In this document: piece by piece, positions 21,010 through 32,342 of the stretch
Position numbering within the stretch: the first letter of the stretch is position 1
Layout of the letters: every line of letters starts with the position of its first letter
Assembly (NCBI GenBank): GCA_973895155.1
Contig: OZ316895.1
Coordinates: 18,836,508 to 18,900,507 of the forward strand
Length of the DNA stretch: 64,000 bases
Reading direction: 5' to 3'
From: Marsupella aquatica
Taxonomy: Eukaryota; Plantae; Marchantiophyta
The notes under the pieces: generated by a model
The model's database searches: none
Seen by the model: only the letters and a program-made list of their open reading frames with translations
Told to the model about the DNA's origin: nothing
Made by a program: the position numbers and the translations under genes

Positions 21010-24000
21010 TTTGCCAGTGATACACTCTCGCTGTTTGCAACACTCTGCCAAAATCTGAGCTCAAACCGCAGCCGATTGCCCTTCCAACTCGAAGTGAAAT
21101 TTCGCCCCAAGCTCAGAATCCCGAAACTGGACACGTAGCAGATCGTGCATGCTAAAGTGCATACCAAGTGATGTCGGTTGCAGCTCTAACTTTGCCAGTG
21201 ATACATTCTCGCTGTTTCCAATGCTCTGGCAAAGTCTGAGCTTAAACCGCAGCCAATTTCCCTTCCAACTCGAAGTGAAATTTCGCCCCAAGCTCAGAAT
21301 TGCGAAACTGGAGACGTAACAGATCGTGCATGCTAAAGTGCATATCAAACGATGTCGGTTGCAGCTCTAACTTTGCCAGTGGTACATTCTTGCTGTTTCC
21401 AATGCTCTGGAAAAATCTGAGCTCAAACCGCAGCCGATTGCCCTTCCAACTCGAAGTGAAATTTCACCCCGAGCTCAGAATTGCGAAACTGGAGACGTAG
21501 CAGATCGCGCATGCTAAAGTGCATACCAAACAATGTCGGTTGCAGCTCTAACTTTGCCAGTGATACATTCTCGCTGTTTCCAATGCTCTGGCAAAGTCTG
21601 AGCTTAAACCGCAGCCGATTGCCCTTCCAACTCGAAGTGAAATTTCACCCCGAGCTCAGAATCGCGAAACTGGAGACGTAGCAGATCGCGCATGCTAAAG
21701 TGCATACCAAGTGATGTCGGTTGCAGCTCTAACTTTGCCAGTGATACATTTTTGCTGTTTCCAATGCTCTGGCAAAATCTGAGCTCAAACCGCAGCCGAT
21801 TGCCCTTCCAACTCGAAGTGAAATTTCACCCCGAGCTCAGAATCGCGAAACTGGAGACGTAGCAGATCGCGCCCTTTTCATCTTCCTCTAGTGCTCTTCT
21901 CTCCTCCTCCTTGGCTTGGACAAATTCCATATGTGATTGTTTTACAGCCTGTGCAAAGGTTTTGAGCTTCTCCTCAATCTCCCCTACAGCCTCATGTATC
22001 ACTGATTTCTCTGGGCACATACTCTTCTCCATGTCTCCAAAACACGATGCAAGCAATGAGAGTTGCTTACCATTCTCCTGAGTTTGAGATCGAAGATCAC
22101 TAATCAACCTCTTTTGCTTGACATTCTCATTCTTTAGCTCCGTCACCTCCTTGCTGAGTGTGGTAATCTCAATTGCGAAGTTTTCAGCCACAACTAAGAT
22201 TTTCTCAAGCAAAGCCTTGAGATGGACAATCTCCTCCGTTGCCATCACAAAGCTTTGCCAGTGATACACTCTCGCTGTTTGCAACACTCTGCCAAAATCT
22301 GAGCTCAAACCGCAGCCGATTGCCCTTCCAACTCGAAGTGAAATTTCGCCCCGAGCTCAGAATCCCAAAATTGGACACGTAGCAGATCGTGCATGCTAAA
22401 GTGCATACCAAACGATGTCGGTTGCAGCTCTAACTTTGCCAGTGATACATTCTTGCTGTGTCCAATGCTCTGGCAAAGTCTGAGCTTAAACTGCAGCCAA
22501 TTTCCCTTCCAACTCGAAGTGAAATTTCGCCCCGAGCTCAGAATTGCGAAACTGGAGACGTAACAGATCGTGCATGCTAAAGTGCATATCAAACGATGTC
22601 GGTTGCAGCTCTAACTTTTCCAGTGATACATTCTTGCTGTTTCCAATGCTCTCGCAAAATCTGAGCTCAAACCGCAGCCGATTGCCCTTCCAACTCGAAG
22701 TGAAATTTCGCCCCGAGCTCAGAATCGCAAAACTGGAGACGTAGCAGATCGCGCATGCTAAAGTGCATACCAAACAATGTTGGTTGCAGCTCTAACTTTG
22801 CCAGTGATACATTCTCGCTGTTTCCAATGCTCTGGCAAAGTCTGAGCTTAAACCGCAGCCGATTGCCCTTCCAACTCGAAGTGAAATTTCGCCCCGAGCT
22901 CAGAATCGCGAAACTGGAGACGTAGCAGATCGCGCATGCTAAAGTGCATACCAAACAATGTTGGTTGCAGCTCTAACTTTGCCAGTGATACATTCTCGCT
23001 GTTTCCAATGCTCTGGCAAAGTCTGAGCTTAAACCGCAGCCGATTGCCCTTCCAACTCGAAGTGAAATTTCGCCCCGAGCTCAGAATCGCGAAACTGGAG
23101 ACGTAGCAGATCGCGCATGCTAAAGTGCATACCAAACAATGTTGGTTGCAGCTCTAACTTTGCCAGTGATACATTCTCGCTGTTTCCAATGCTCTGGCAA
23201 AGTCTGAGCTTAAACCGCAGCCGATTGCCCTTCCAACTCGAAGTGAAATTTCGCCCCGAGCTCAGAATCGCGAAACTGGAGACGTAGCAGATCGCGCCCT
23301 TTTCATCTTCCTTTAGTGCTCTTCTCTCCTCCTCCTTGGCTTGGACAAATTCCATATGTGATTGTTTTACAGCCTGTGCAAAGGTTTTGAGCTTCTCCTC
23401 AATCTCCCCTACAGCCTCATGTATCACTGATTTCTCTGGGCACATACTCTTCTCCATGTCTCCGAAACATGATGCAAGCAATGAGAGTTGCTTACCATTC
23501 TCCTGAGTTTGAGATCGAAGATCACTAATCAACCTCTTTTGCTTGACATTCTCATTCTTTAGCTCCGTCACCTCCTTGCTGAGTGTGGTAATCTCAATTG
23601 CGGAGTTTTCAGCCACAACTAAGATTTTCTCAAGCAAAGCCTTGAGATGGGCAATCTCCTCCGTTGCCATCACAAAGCTTTGCCAGTGATACACTATCGC
23701 TGTTTGCAACACTCTGCCAAAATCTGAGCTCAAACCGCAGCCGATTGCCCTTCCAACTCGAAGTGAAATTTCGCCCCAAGCTCAGAATCCCGAAACTGGA
23801 CACGTAGTAGATCGTGAATGCTAAAGTGCATACCAAACGATGTCGGTTGCAGCTCTAACTTTGCCAGTGATACATTCTCGCTATTTCCAATGCTCTGGCA
23901 AAGTCTGAGCTTAAACTGCAGCCAATTTCCCTTCCAACTCGAAGTGAAATTTCGCCCCGAGCTCAGAATTGCGAAACTGGAGACGTAACAGATCGTGCAT

Positions 24001-24442
24001 GCTAAAGTGCATATCAAACGATGTCGGTTGCAGCTCTAACTTTGCCAGTGATACATTCTTGCTGTTTCCAATGCTCTGGCAAAATCTGAGCTCAAACCGC
24101 AGCCGATTGCCCTTCCAACTCGAAGTGAAATTTCGCCCCGAGCTCAGAATCGTGAAACTGGAGACGTAACAGATCGTGCATGCTAAAGTGCATATCAAAC
24201 GATGTCGGTTGCAGCTCTAACTTTGCCAATGATACATTCTCACTGTTTCCAATGCTCTGGCAAAATCTGAGCTCAAACCGCAGCCGATTGCCCTTCCAAC
24301 TCGAAGTGAAATTTCGCCCCGAGCTCAGAATTGCGAAACTGCAGACGTAACAAATTGCGCATGCTAAAGTGCATACCAAACGATGTCGGTTGCAGCTCTA
24401 ACTTTGCCAGTGATACATTATCACTGTTTCCAATGCTCTGGC
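21010..24442 (-). repeat. 181-bp tandem monomer array (about 15 units in blocks of 5+6+4) interleaved with two 5' fragments of ORF1
   Basis: Anchor aaac(c/t)gcagcc at 21063, 21244, 21425, 21606, 21787; 22307 to 23212; 23732 to 24275. ORF1 fragments at about 21880-22250 and 23305-23675. Confidence 0.97.
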
Positions 24443-25844
24443 CGTGTTGACAGTGTCGCTCTTTGGCAAGTAGGAAGGTGCTTTTTCCGGGTTTCCATCG
24501 TAAGGTTACGAGCTTCTGTTGTTGCAGCTGTGACCGACAACTGAGGAGCTACAACCAAGAGCTTATTGATTTGCAGCATTGCCGTGGACGAGGAGCTGTG
24601 GAGGGCCGGGGAGCTGCAAGAAAGTGGGGAGTGATCTTGAAGGCCAACTATCTAGCGTGAGGTGGATCATCGTGGCTGCAACATTGATCGGGCCTTTTTT
24701 TGCGTTTGGCACTGTGAGTAAGGCAGTCTATGGAGGTGCGAAAGAGTCACGAGGAGTCGAGTTCAGCTACGGCAGTATTCACTTCAATTGTCCCAATGTG
24801 GTTGGCGTGAGCTGCAGGTGAGCTTAGCTGTGTGCACATTTCATGTAAGTCAGGTGGTCGGTGTTTTAGGCATTGCGGAACTTGATTGACCACCCCATGG
24901 CTAAGATTTAAGGTGCGGACTACAACAAATATGTGTTGTTGCTGAAAGTGTTGGTGGTGAGCGACAACTGGTATTGTTTCAGCTAAAGGGAGCACATTGG
25001 AGCTTGTGTATCCATGACTTGCGACCGATTGCGGCTGCCTGTTGTTACAATCGCCGAATCAATCACGCACCCAATCTTGCGGGCAGACACAACTTTGCGG
25101 GAGTGTTGAAGGTTTAGGGTGAGCAACAGCGGAGAGCTCATTGCTTGGTGGCAGGGTTGAAGGTGGATGATCGGGCTGCAAGGCCAACCGGGGACTTGTT
25201 TTGCATTGAGCGATTGCTGCGGATTGCTACGCAGCTTCAATTAGGGCGGCTTGGTGCTACATCGGCACAGGTAAGGCTGCAATCCCCTATCGACGCGGAC
25301 TCACCTCGTGACTGCAAGTATAGTTGTCTAGGTGATGTATGCATTGCGTGTTTAGGGTCTAGGTGACATCGCTGCTAAGCAAAATTTGTGAGCTGCCTAG
25401 GTCCATTGCCGAATGTTGCTTCCTTTAAATTACCTGGTGCCTGCTGTTACAATCGCCTGCTCAATCATGCACCCAATCGCCTGGAGCTCATTTGCCTGGA
25501 GCTTCATCCGTCAGATTCAAACTGTTATTGCTGCTCTGCCCTTTTGCCATGGGTTGCCGGCCTACCGGATGCTATCAACAGATTAAGAACAAGTCATATC
25601 CTAAGTCCCGGTGTTGCAGTGATGTCCCCGACCCTAAGATGCTTTCCGAACTCATCTTTCTTGTTTCCTGTTGTTGCTGATGTATGTATGTTCTCCCCTA
25701 TTTTTGCTTACAGATTGGTCTCTCCACACTTCTTGCTTGACATGATTGTTTTGCTCCTCCCTGTATCAGAACATGCCTTGTGCCCGACGGTGGGGTGGGG
25801 GGGTGAACAGACGACCTTAAGGTTCACTACATTTCTAGGAACTG

Positions 25845-25995
25845 TGCATCTTTCAGTTGATTTTAGCCGCAAGTTCCCTTGCTTTACCCTGTTTTTGCTA
25901 AGATCCCTCCCACTAATCACATGCATCTTTCAGCTGATTTTAGCCGCAAGTTCCCTTGCTTTCCCCTGCTTTTGCTAAGATCCCTCCCCACTAAT
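25845..25995. repeat. Local tandem duplication of about 77 bp
   Basis: gcatctttcag(t/c)tgattttagccgcaagttcccttgcttt..ccctg.ttttgctaagatccctccc occurs twice. Confidence 0.8.
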
Positions 25996-27191
25996 GACAT
26001 GCATCCTTTACTTTTCTCGGTGGCCCGTGCGCCTGCCTTCCTACTTTCGTTCTTATGGACTCTCCTTAGGTTTTCATTCACCTGGTTTTGGACTTTTTGC
26101 TCCGATGGAATCTGTCTTGACAACTTGTGTTTGTTCTAATTGTTAATATCTCAAGAGGGTCGTCAACTAAGCTGAAAGGAGTCAAAGCTAACTACAAGCT
26201 AGCAAATACAGAGAATGCTCCCAAGTCAAGTCAGGAGGAAGTTACTAAAACTAGACCTTCACAACTCTCGAAACTGGAAAGTGAAATTCAGCGTGAGACA
26301 CGTAGCTGAAGGCCACAAGGATAACTATATGGCCACGCTGTCCCCCATTCAAGTCCAAAGTCCTCTTCAGATTGTCTGAACACCTATTGAATGTATTGAA
26401 TAATTATTTCATCACAGAAATTTTCAGAACAAACACGGAAGCACCAGGGGGCTGAGGATTGGATATTGAGGCTGAAGACATTGAGGTAATAAACTAGGTG
26501 TGGTTCGGGTGACAATGTTAGCAACTGATGCTTCTTCAGGGGAACTTCCCATGTGCAATTTATCCACACATGATTGACTTTGGTTCTTGCTGTTTTTCTT
26601 TTGGTGTACTCTTGAGTTTGGTGTCACTCTATCCTTTCCTGTAGCCTCAAAATAGGAACACACCTGCTTAGTGGTCCCCAATCGCCCAATGATTTATAAT
26701 GACTGTGTCTAGGTGATGTATGCATTGCGTGTTCATTCCAGAAGAATGAATATGTACACTTTGCACAAACCTGGACAGATTTTGAATGTTATTTATCTGA
26801 GTTTCTGTTTGTGAGCTCTGACTTGGAGCCTTAACATTTGTGTTTCTGTGGGGCTGAGCAGAGTTTGTTCCGTCTAGAAGCTGCTGTACTGAAGTGATCA
26901 GCCTCCAGCTTGGAGGTGAATCTTCAATTTTTTGTGGATCCGAGTGACTTCTGTCCAGCTGAGTTTTGCTTTGTCGGGACGATTGTGTTTGGCTAAGATG
27001 CTAGATTGTGGCTTGTCTTCTTGCTTCCAGCTTGTGTATTTTCAATTAATAGAAGTTGGGAACGAAGTGATAATTGAATTTCCTTATATTAAGCATCTTC
27101 ACCTAGAAACTCAATACATAAACTCCAGGATTCCCTCGGGACATAAAATGAGCCAAATTGTCTCAAAATTGGGAACCTGCACCCGCACTAC

Positions 27192-27534
27192 TCAAACAAT
27201 TGTGTTGGGCTTGGTGGCCTTGTAAGTCGTCTTTAGCTTTCGCAATGGAGGTTGAATCTTGCAGTACGTCAAGGGGAACTTGATCTTTGAATCATGGAAC
27301 TGCTTGGTACTTTCTCGCTTGCACAGAGAGACAGGGACTGTCGTAGTCTTCATGATCTGGATGCAAGGGAACCGAACTCTATGACAAGAAGCCATCTCAT
27401 CATACATCTGCTCTGCAGCTCCGTTTCTTGTGGTATCACAATATTCCTTGTACATGTTGTGATAACTTGTACGACTCTGATACGTGGACCCAGATACCGA
27501 AGTTCTTAATTGTGGTGGGCTTCTTTTCGAAGAT
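27192..27534 (-). pseudogene. RPL18A: Last exon of 60S ribosomal protein L18a (eL20), frameshifted gene fragment
   Basis: CAG acceptor, then [15 protein letters not shown], a frameshift, then [59 protein letters not shown], matching the plant RPL18a C-terminal half. Confidence 0.93.
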
Positions 27535-28542
27535 CTGGTAGACACATTATTCAGCATTTGCTAACTTCGAAACTAGAAGGGTAACACATTAAACAACAGA
27601 GAAACTCACAACATCCTCCTTTGGTCCTTCAGAGTCTGTACTTTGATTCTGAAGTTTGACTGAGTTTTTGTTTACTAAAAGAATGTGACTGTGTAAGAGT
27701 TCCGTTTGGCAGTGGATTGGTTGAAGCACTTCATGCTAGTGTGTTGTCCACAGCTCTTCAACCAGCTTTCGTCTTCCTTGTCTTTCACCACTTACGATGA
27801 CATCAATTCAGCTAAGACCATAGAAGGTTCCAAAGCATCTAACTTGTAAAATTGCATTCTATTACATCAAGGACTAAGGTGTTGGGTGCCAAAGGAGACA
27901 ACACAACAAACACGCTGAAAAGACTTCAGGACTGGGTTCAACAAGGTAGTGAAGGTGCTTAGAGCCATAGTAAGTATGCATTCTGTATCTTTCTCTGTTG
28001 ATGTGAGCTTGTGCATAATGGGAGTTGTAGTTGGCAAGAGTTCCAAATATGAATAGATCCAGAAGTATGTGATCATGTACTTGCTCTATAAAGTTCTGAA
28101 GATATAAGCATTTTTTGTTAGACCAGGCAACTTGGGAGTTGGTAAGTGTCACCTGCATCTGAGGGGCTACACCGGGGCATCAGTGGAGGTTCACTTGCAC
28201 AACACGACAACCAGTGAATTTTCTCTCTGTTGCAACCTGCAAGGTGAGACTTTCGGTCTTTCTGGATGAAAAAACAGGAGTTTAATATGATTGATATACA
28301 TGTCCGTCGAGAATATGGGTTTATCACCAAGCTCTTTGTCTTAGGAAACTCATAAACTCATAATCAAATATGTACTATGCACGTTTCATGCTATGTGTAT
28401 ACTATGACCTGTAGTTGGAACCAAGACAATGAGTGGGAACTGATTAGTTTAGGTGGTTGCTGTTGGCGAGGCAAGTCGACCTCCTCCTCACCTTGCTCAT
28501 CAAAGGACGTGAACAGAGGACATCACAACGAAAGCAACACTT

Positions 28543-28992
28543 ATGGTGAGGACCCGCAACGCTGAACATGTGCGACTTGCACGCAAGGCAGAGATGTTGC
28601 GCCTTGAGTATGTCAGACTTGGGATCCTTCCAGCCCAGTCTACATGGTACTTTGAGTACCCTGTTGTTTCCAGGAACAACTACAGCCGGCCTCTACCTGC
28701 TTCAGTACCCTTCCCGACATCCTTGGTATTTGTGTCTCTTGTACATGACCCGCCACAAATTAGGTGCCAAGGGTGTGTACACAGTTGCCAATATGACTGT
28801 CCTGCCTGTAGGGCTTCTGGCCCAGAATTGGATGACCGTTCTCTTGGATGCCGATTTTTGCACAGAGCACAATGTATCATCTGGAACCACTCGCTATCCT
28901 GCAATGTGCCTGGTGATGTCACTTGTCCTGCCCTCCCAGACCCCACCACCGGTGACTTTGGTGTCTACACATGTTTGGATCACATGCTCTAG
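28543..28992 (+). CDS. Small Cys/His-rich hypothetical protein, possibly CACTA cargo
   Basis: 149-aa ATG-started ORF with C..C.H..Q.DCP.C and CRF.HR..C clusters; co-oriented with the downstream CACTA genes. Confidence 0.35.
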   Translation: MVRTRNAEHVRLARKAEMLRLEYVRLGILPAQSTWYFEYPVVSRNNYSRPLPASVPFPTSLVFVSLVHDPPQIRCQGCVHSCQYDCPACRASGPELDDRSLGCRFLHRAQCIIWNHSLSCNVPGDVTCPALPDPTTGDFGVYTCLDHML

Positions 28993-29608
28993 AGGACCAC
29001 TTGTCACACCGCATGCACAGACCAGATACCATTGACCTATAGCTTAACACTCTGACTTCAACACAGAGGATATTTACTTAAAATTTTGATGTATGAGCAA
29101 TTTTGGGTCCAGGGTTTAGGGTCAACAGTACATAACTTATATCCTATTATGCCTGCACTAAGCAAAATATCCTAATTTAAGAGGCTAGCAAACTCGCATA
29201 AAAGTCTCTATTGAAAGACTGCTTTCATGACTGCTTTAACCTGGTGAACATTGCAACGTTGAATGAATTAATGGGCCATGTGATAATATGCAAAATGGTT
29301 TATGCCTCACTTATTTGTCTCAGCCACTATCATAACCTATTTAGGATGTATAAATTTCAACCCTTATGACACTGCTTCATACCAATCCTCTTCGAAGAAT
29401 GCCTGTTTTACATGTCACGACTATTGTATGTGATTCAAATGCATGAAATGTTGTTGCAGATCTCCTTTGGTGAATCATAGCCACAATTAAAATTGAGGTG
29501 TTGGTGGAGAAATTGTATTAGGGGATCAGTTTTGTGTGTGGGCTCAACATACCAAAAGTATGTGTGCTCTGCATCCTTGTGTGGCCATTCCAATTCATTG
29601 CAGTAGCA

Positions 29609-29751
29609 AATGCCTTTGTACCTTAAATGCTAAATATATTTTACTTTCTGTGCAGTCTGCTAAATTGTAGAGTCTATCTAAATGCCTTTGTACCTTAAAT
29701 GCTAAATATATTTTACTTTCTGTGCAGTCTGCTAAATTGTAGAGTCTATCT
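29609..29751. repeat. 72-bp tandem duplication immediately upstream of the PHD gene
   Basis: aatgcctttgtaccttaaatgc...gtagagtctatct occurs twice (starts about 29609 and 29681). Confidence 0.9.
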
Positions 29752-29762
29752 CATGCGCAGGC

Positions 29763-30443
29763 ATGGCACGGCCTAAAATTCAAGCCAAAAAGCGTGTGAC
29801 AGAGGTGAGAAACACAGGTGTACTTGGGGCAGATGCTACTAACTTCTCTGCAAGTCAGATTTTCCAGAAGGCAGCTCATTGTTGTGCCATTTGTGACGAT
29901 GGTGGGGGCCTGGTCATTTGTGAGGGCCCTTGCATGAGGCATTTCCACCTCAACCCGGAGTCTGACCTTGCTGCAGAAAACAACTGTCCAGGGGTGGGCC
30001 TCCCGTCAACACACCAGGGAGACTGGATGTGCACTGATTGTTTGGAGAAGCAGGCTAAGTGTGCACAGTGTGGGAAGTTGGGGTCCTATGAGGGCTCTGT
30101 TGATGCTGCAGCAAATGTTAGGAAATGTCCAGACCGTTTTTGTGTGAGATTTTTCTGTTTTGAGTGTTTGCCTGCTCATGCCACAGCTTGCCCACTTCAT
30201 AGGTGCAAGGCATGTGGTGAGCATGATGATGACTACTAGACTGACATAGTCCACTGTGCTAGGTGTCCCACTATGTGGCACTATCATTGCCTGAAAGATC
30301 ATCAAGCAGAGGGTTATGCTTGTGACAGAGAAATCTATGATCACTCTGCACATGGTGTTGATCGATGGATATTTTATTGTCATCGCCATGCCATTGATCC
30401 TACCTCGCGCACTCCTGTGAGAGATCACATATCTTGGCTGTGA
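29763..30443 (+). pseudogene. EDM2/NSD-type composite PHD-finger protein, stand-alone, with one premature stop
   Basis: CAICDDGG.LVICEGPCMRHFH..C..C..KQAKCAQCGKLGS..CPLHRCKAC; TAG at 30237-30239; then in frame CARCPTMWHYHCL..IFYCHRHAIDPTSRTPVRDHISW (cf. EDM2 LIYC..HEID...TPVRDHVKF, recalled from memory). Confidence 0.85.
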
Positions 30444-31036
30444 AGCTGAACATTGTACATGCACAGTGCACCTGATGTGGATGTACTATTTTTTGAGATT
30501 GCAGAGATTCCAATTTTGAAAAGGAGTTGGGCAGGCGAGTTTATATAGGCAGCACTTATCTTGTGCTCTGGCGTCAGTGGCTGGGTACATGCCTATACAA
30601 ACTTATCCTTACAAGCCTTCTTGGAAGTATTTAGGCTGAGTGGTCATTTTCATAAACACTTTCATCAGACTGCTAAATTAAAACAGGACTTCTAAGTTGT
30701 AAGCGTATAAATTATCAGGCATGCAATTAATCAAATTGCCCTATAAGTTTGTCATTTGAATGTATCCTCCTTTACAACAAAATATGTATGTGCCATGACA
30801 AGTTGGTTGCACTTCATTTCACCACGGATATGGATTTTGTAGTATATATTCAAACAATGTCCTGCATCCATGCAGGTGCCTAGTACGTATTGTTCACATA
30901 TCCCTTGTACCTATCAAAATCGGACCTGAGCACCAGTGGGCCAGATCAACTCAAAAAGCAGGAATTTTGTTGTCCTTGTATTGTCAGGTGAACCCATTCT
31001 TCCAAAATTCACTGTCATCACGTAGGGTGTGTGTAC

Positions 31037-31909
31037 ATGGAGTCTGGTAAACGTAGAAAGTGTGACCACCCAGCAGTGTTTACAGGGGTCAGAGCGATTT
31101 TGGTCCATGGCCAGCATGGGTTGACCAAAGTGCATTGGCCAACTGTACAGAAACAATTCTCTGAGCTCCATGGCACTGTAGTTCAGGACATCACTCCAGA
31201 GACTACACATGTTGTTGCAGGGACATGGCTATCAGTGATAAAGAAGTGGTCATGGTCCTACATGAATTCTGCAATTACTAAGCAAGGCCTAAAAGTAGTT
31301 GAGGCCTCTTGGATCACAGATTCCATAGCACATAAGATTGTACAGGATACTGAGCAATATGAGTTGTGGGAGGATGAAGAAGCTACTGCATCAGCTTGGG
31401 CTGAACAAGAAGTCTGGGAAGCAAAGGCACGGCTTGCTGATCTCCAATATGGACCTGTACTCAACAAAGGACAGAGCTCTACAAGGCTGAAGAGTATGTT
31501 GGCTGAGGAGACGAAGCAACCAACCCCCATTCTGAAAGGGCTGAGCATGGTATTTGTGGAGGCGGGAATTGGAGAGGTTAAGTGCAAAGTGTACAAGTCC
31601 ACAGTGCTTGACCTAGGTGGGACAGTGGAGGAGAATATAACAGAGGACACCACTCATGTCATTACTAAGTCATATCCCAAAGCCTGCCGCAAGTTTGGGA
31701 AGGGAGACATTCGCTTTTATGTCATGTCCCATAATGTGTTTGTGGTTTCATATGCTTGGCTTGTGGAATCAGTAGCAGCTGGGAAGCGTCAAAACCCAAT
31801 GGACTATGATCTTTTTGAGGCCTGGCCACGGAAGGGTCAGGATCCTTACAGAGAGGACTATGAGACAACAAGTGAGGAATGGGTCATTAGCGATTCTGAA
31901 TCAGAGTGA
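31037..31909 (+). CDS. Tandem BRCT-domain protein
   Basis: Two BRCT patterns: VFTGV..HGTVVQDITPETTHVV..VVEASWITDSI and ILKGL..LGGTVEENITEDTTHVI..VVSYAWLVESV. Open, intron-less frame. Confidence 0.85.
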   Translation: MESGKRRKCDHPAVFTGVRAILVHGQHGLTKVHWPTVQKQFSELHGTVVQDITPETTHVVAGTWLSVIKKWSWSYMNSAITKQGLKVVEASWITDSIAHKIVQDTEQYELWEDEEATASAWAEQEVWEAKARLADLQYGPVLNKGQSSTRLKSMLAEETKQPTPILKGLSMVFVEAGIGEVKCKVYKSTVLDLGGTVEENITEDTTHVITKSYPKACRKFGKGDIRFYVMSHNVFVVSYAWLVESVAAGKRQNPMDYDLFEAWPRKGQDPYREDYETTSEEWVISDSESE

Positions 31910-32342
31910 GGAGTAGTAGCATCAGTTTGGACACAAGTTTTTTTGTATAAATCAGATCATTGAAATAAATGTGATCTTTGAACTAATGTACCTTGTTATG
32001 GTTGGTGGTAGTTGGGCTTATTTTACTGTTGGCGGATTGTTGTTTCCTGCTGCCTGGGGGTGTCACTGTAAACGTACATGCAGAGGCGGTACATTTGAGG
32101 ACAGCGGAGGAGGTGGTGACACCCTCCAACATTTAGGAATTTTGTGTCATTCACTTGACAATAGGTACACTACTTGCGAACCTGTTTTTTTCTTTTGGGG
32201 TGGTTTAGGGTTTGTGAGAATTTAGTACACGTTATGTTAACTCTTTTGGCAGATATAGTCAGGGATATATGGAACACAAATACCACCATTAGGCATCCTT
32301 GTTCACTGCTGTCCATGACTGCAGAGCTCCCAGCCTGTTACA

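Larger units (their letters stand above)
16889..24442 (-). mobile_element. Near-full-length RTEX-like non-LTR retrotransposon: 5' 181-bp monomer array, ORF1, ORF2, 3' UTR and (CATTAC)n tail
   Basis: Two ORFs in tandem. 3' microsatellite tail seen as ggtaatggtaatggtaatg at about 16889-16908. The C-terminal L.VE.GRW..R.C..C..E.EYH...C motif is typical of RTEX/RTE-group elements. No clean TSD found. Confidence 0.88.

Noticed and set aside
21061-24379. Repeated 66-95-aa ORFs
   Set aside because: By-products of translating the 181-bp monomer; no protein features.
16873-24457. agtgtcgttcgttg / agtgtcgctctttg as LINE TSD
   Set aside because: Imperfect and offset from the ends, which is unexpected for such a young element.
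27571-27580. aactagaagg as the left CACTA TIR
   Set aside because: Mismatched first base, short match, no subterminal GTCAC repeats and no matching 3-bp TSD.
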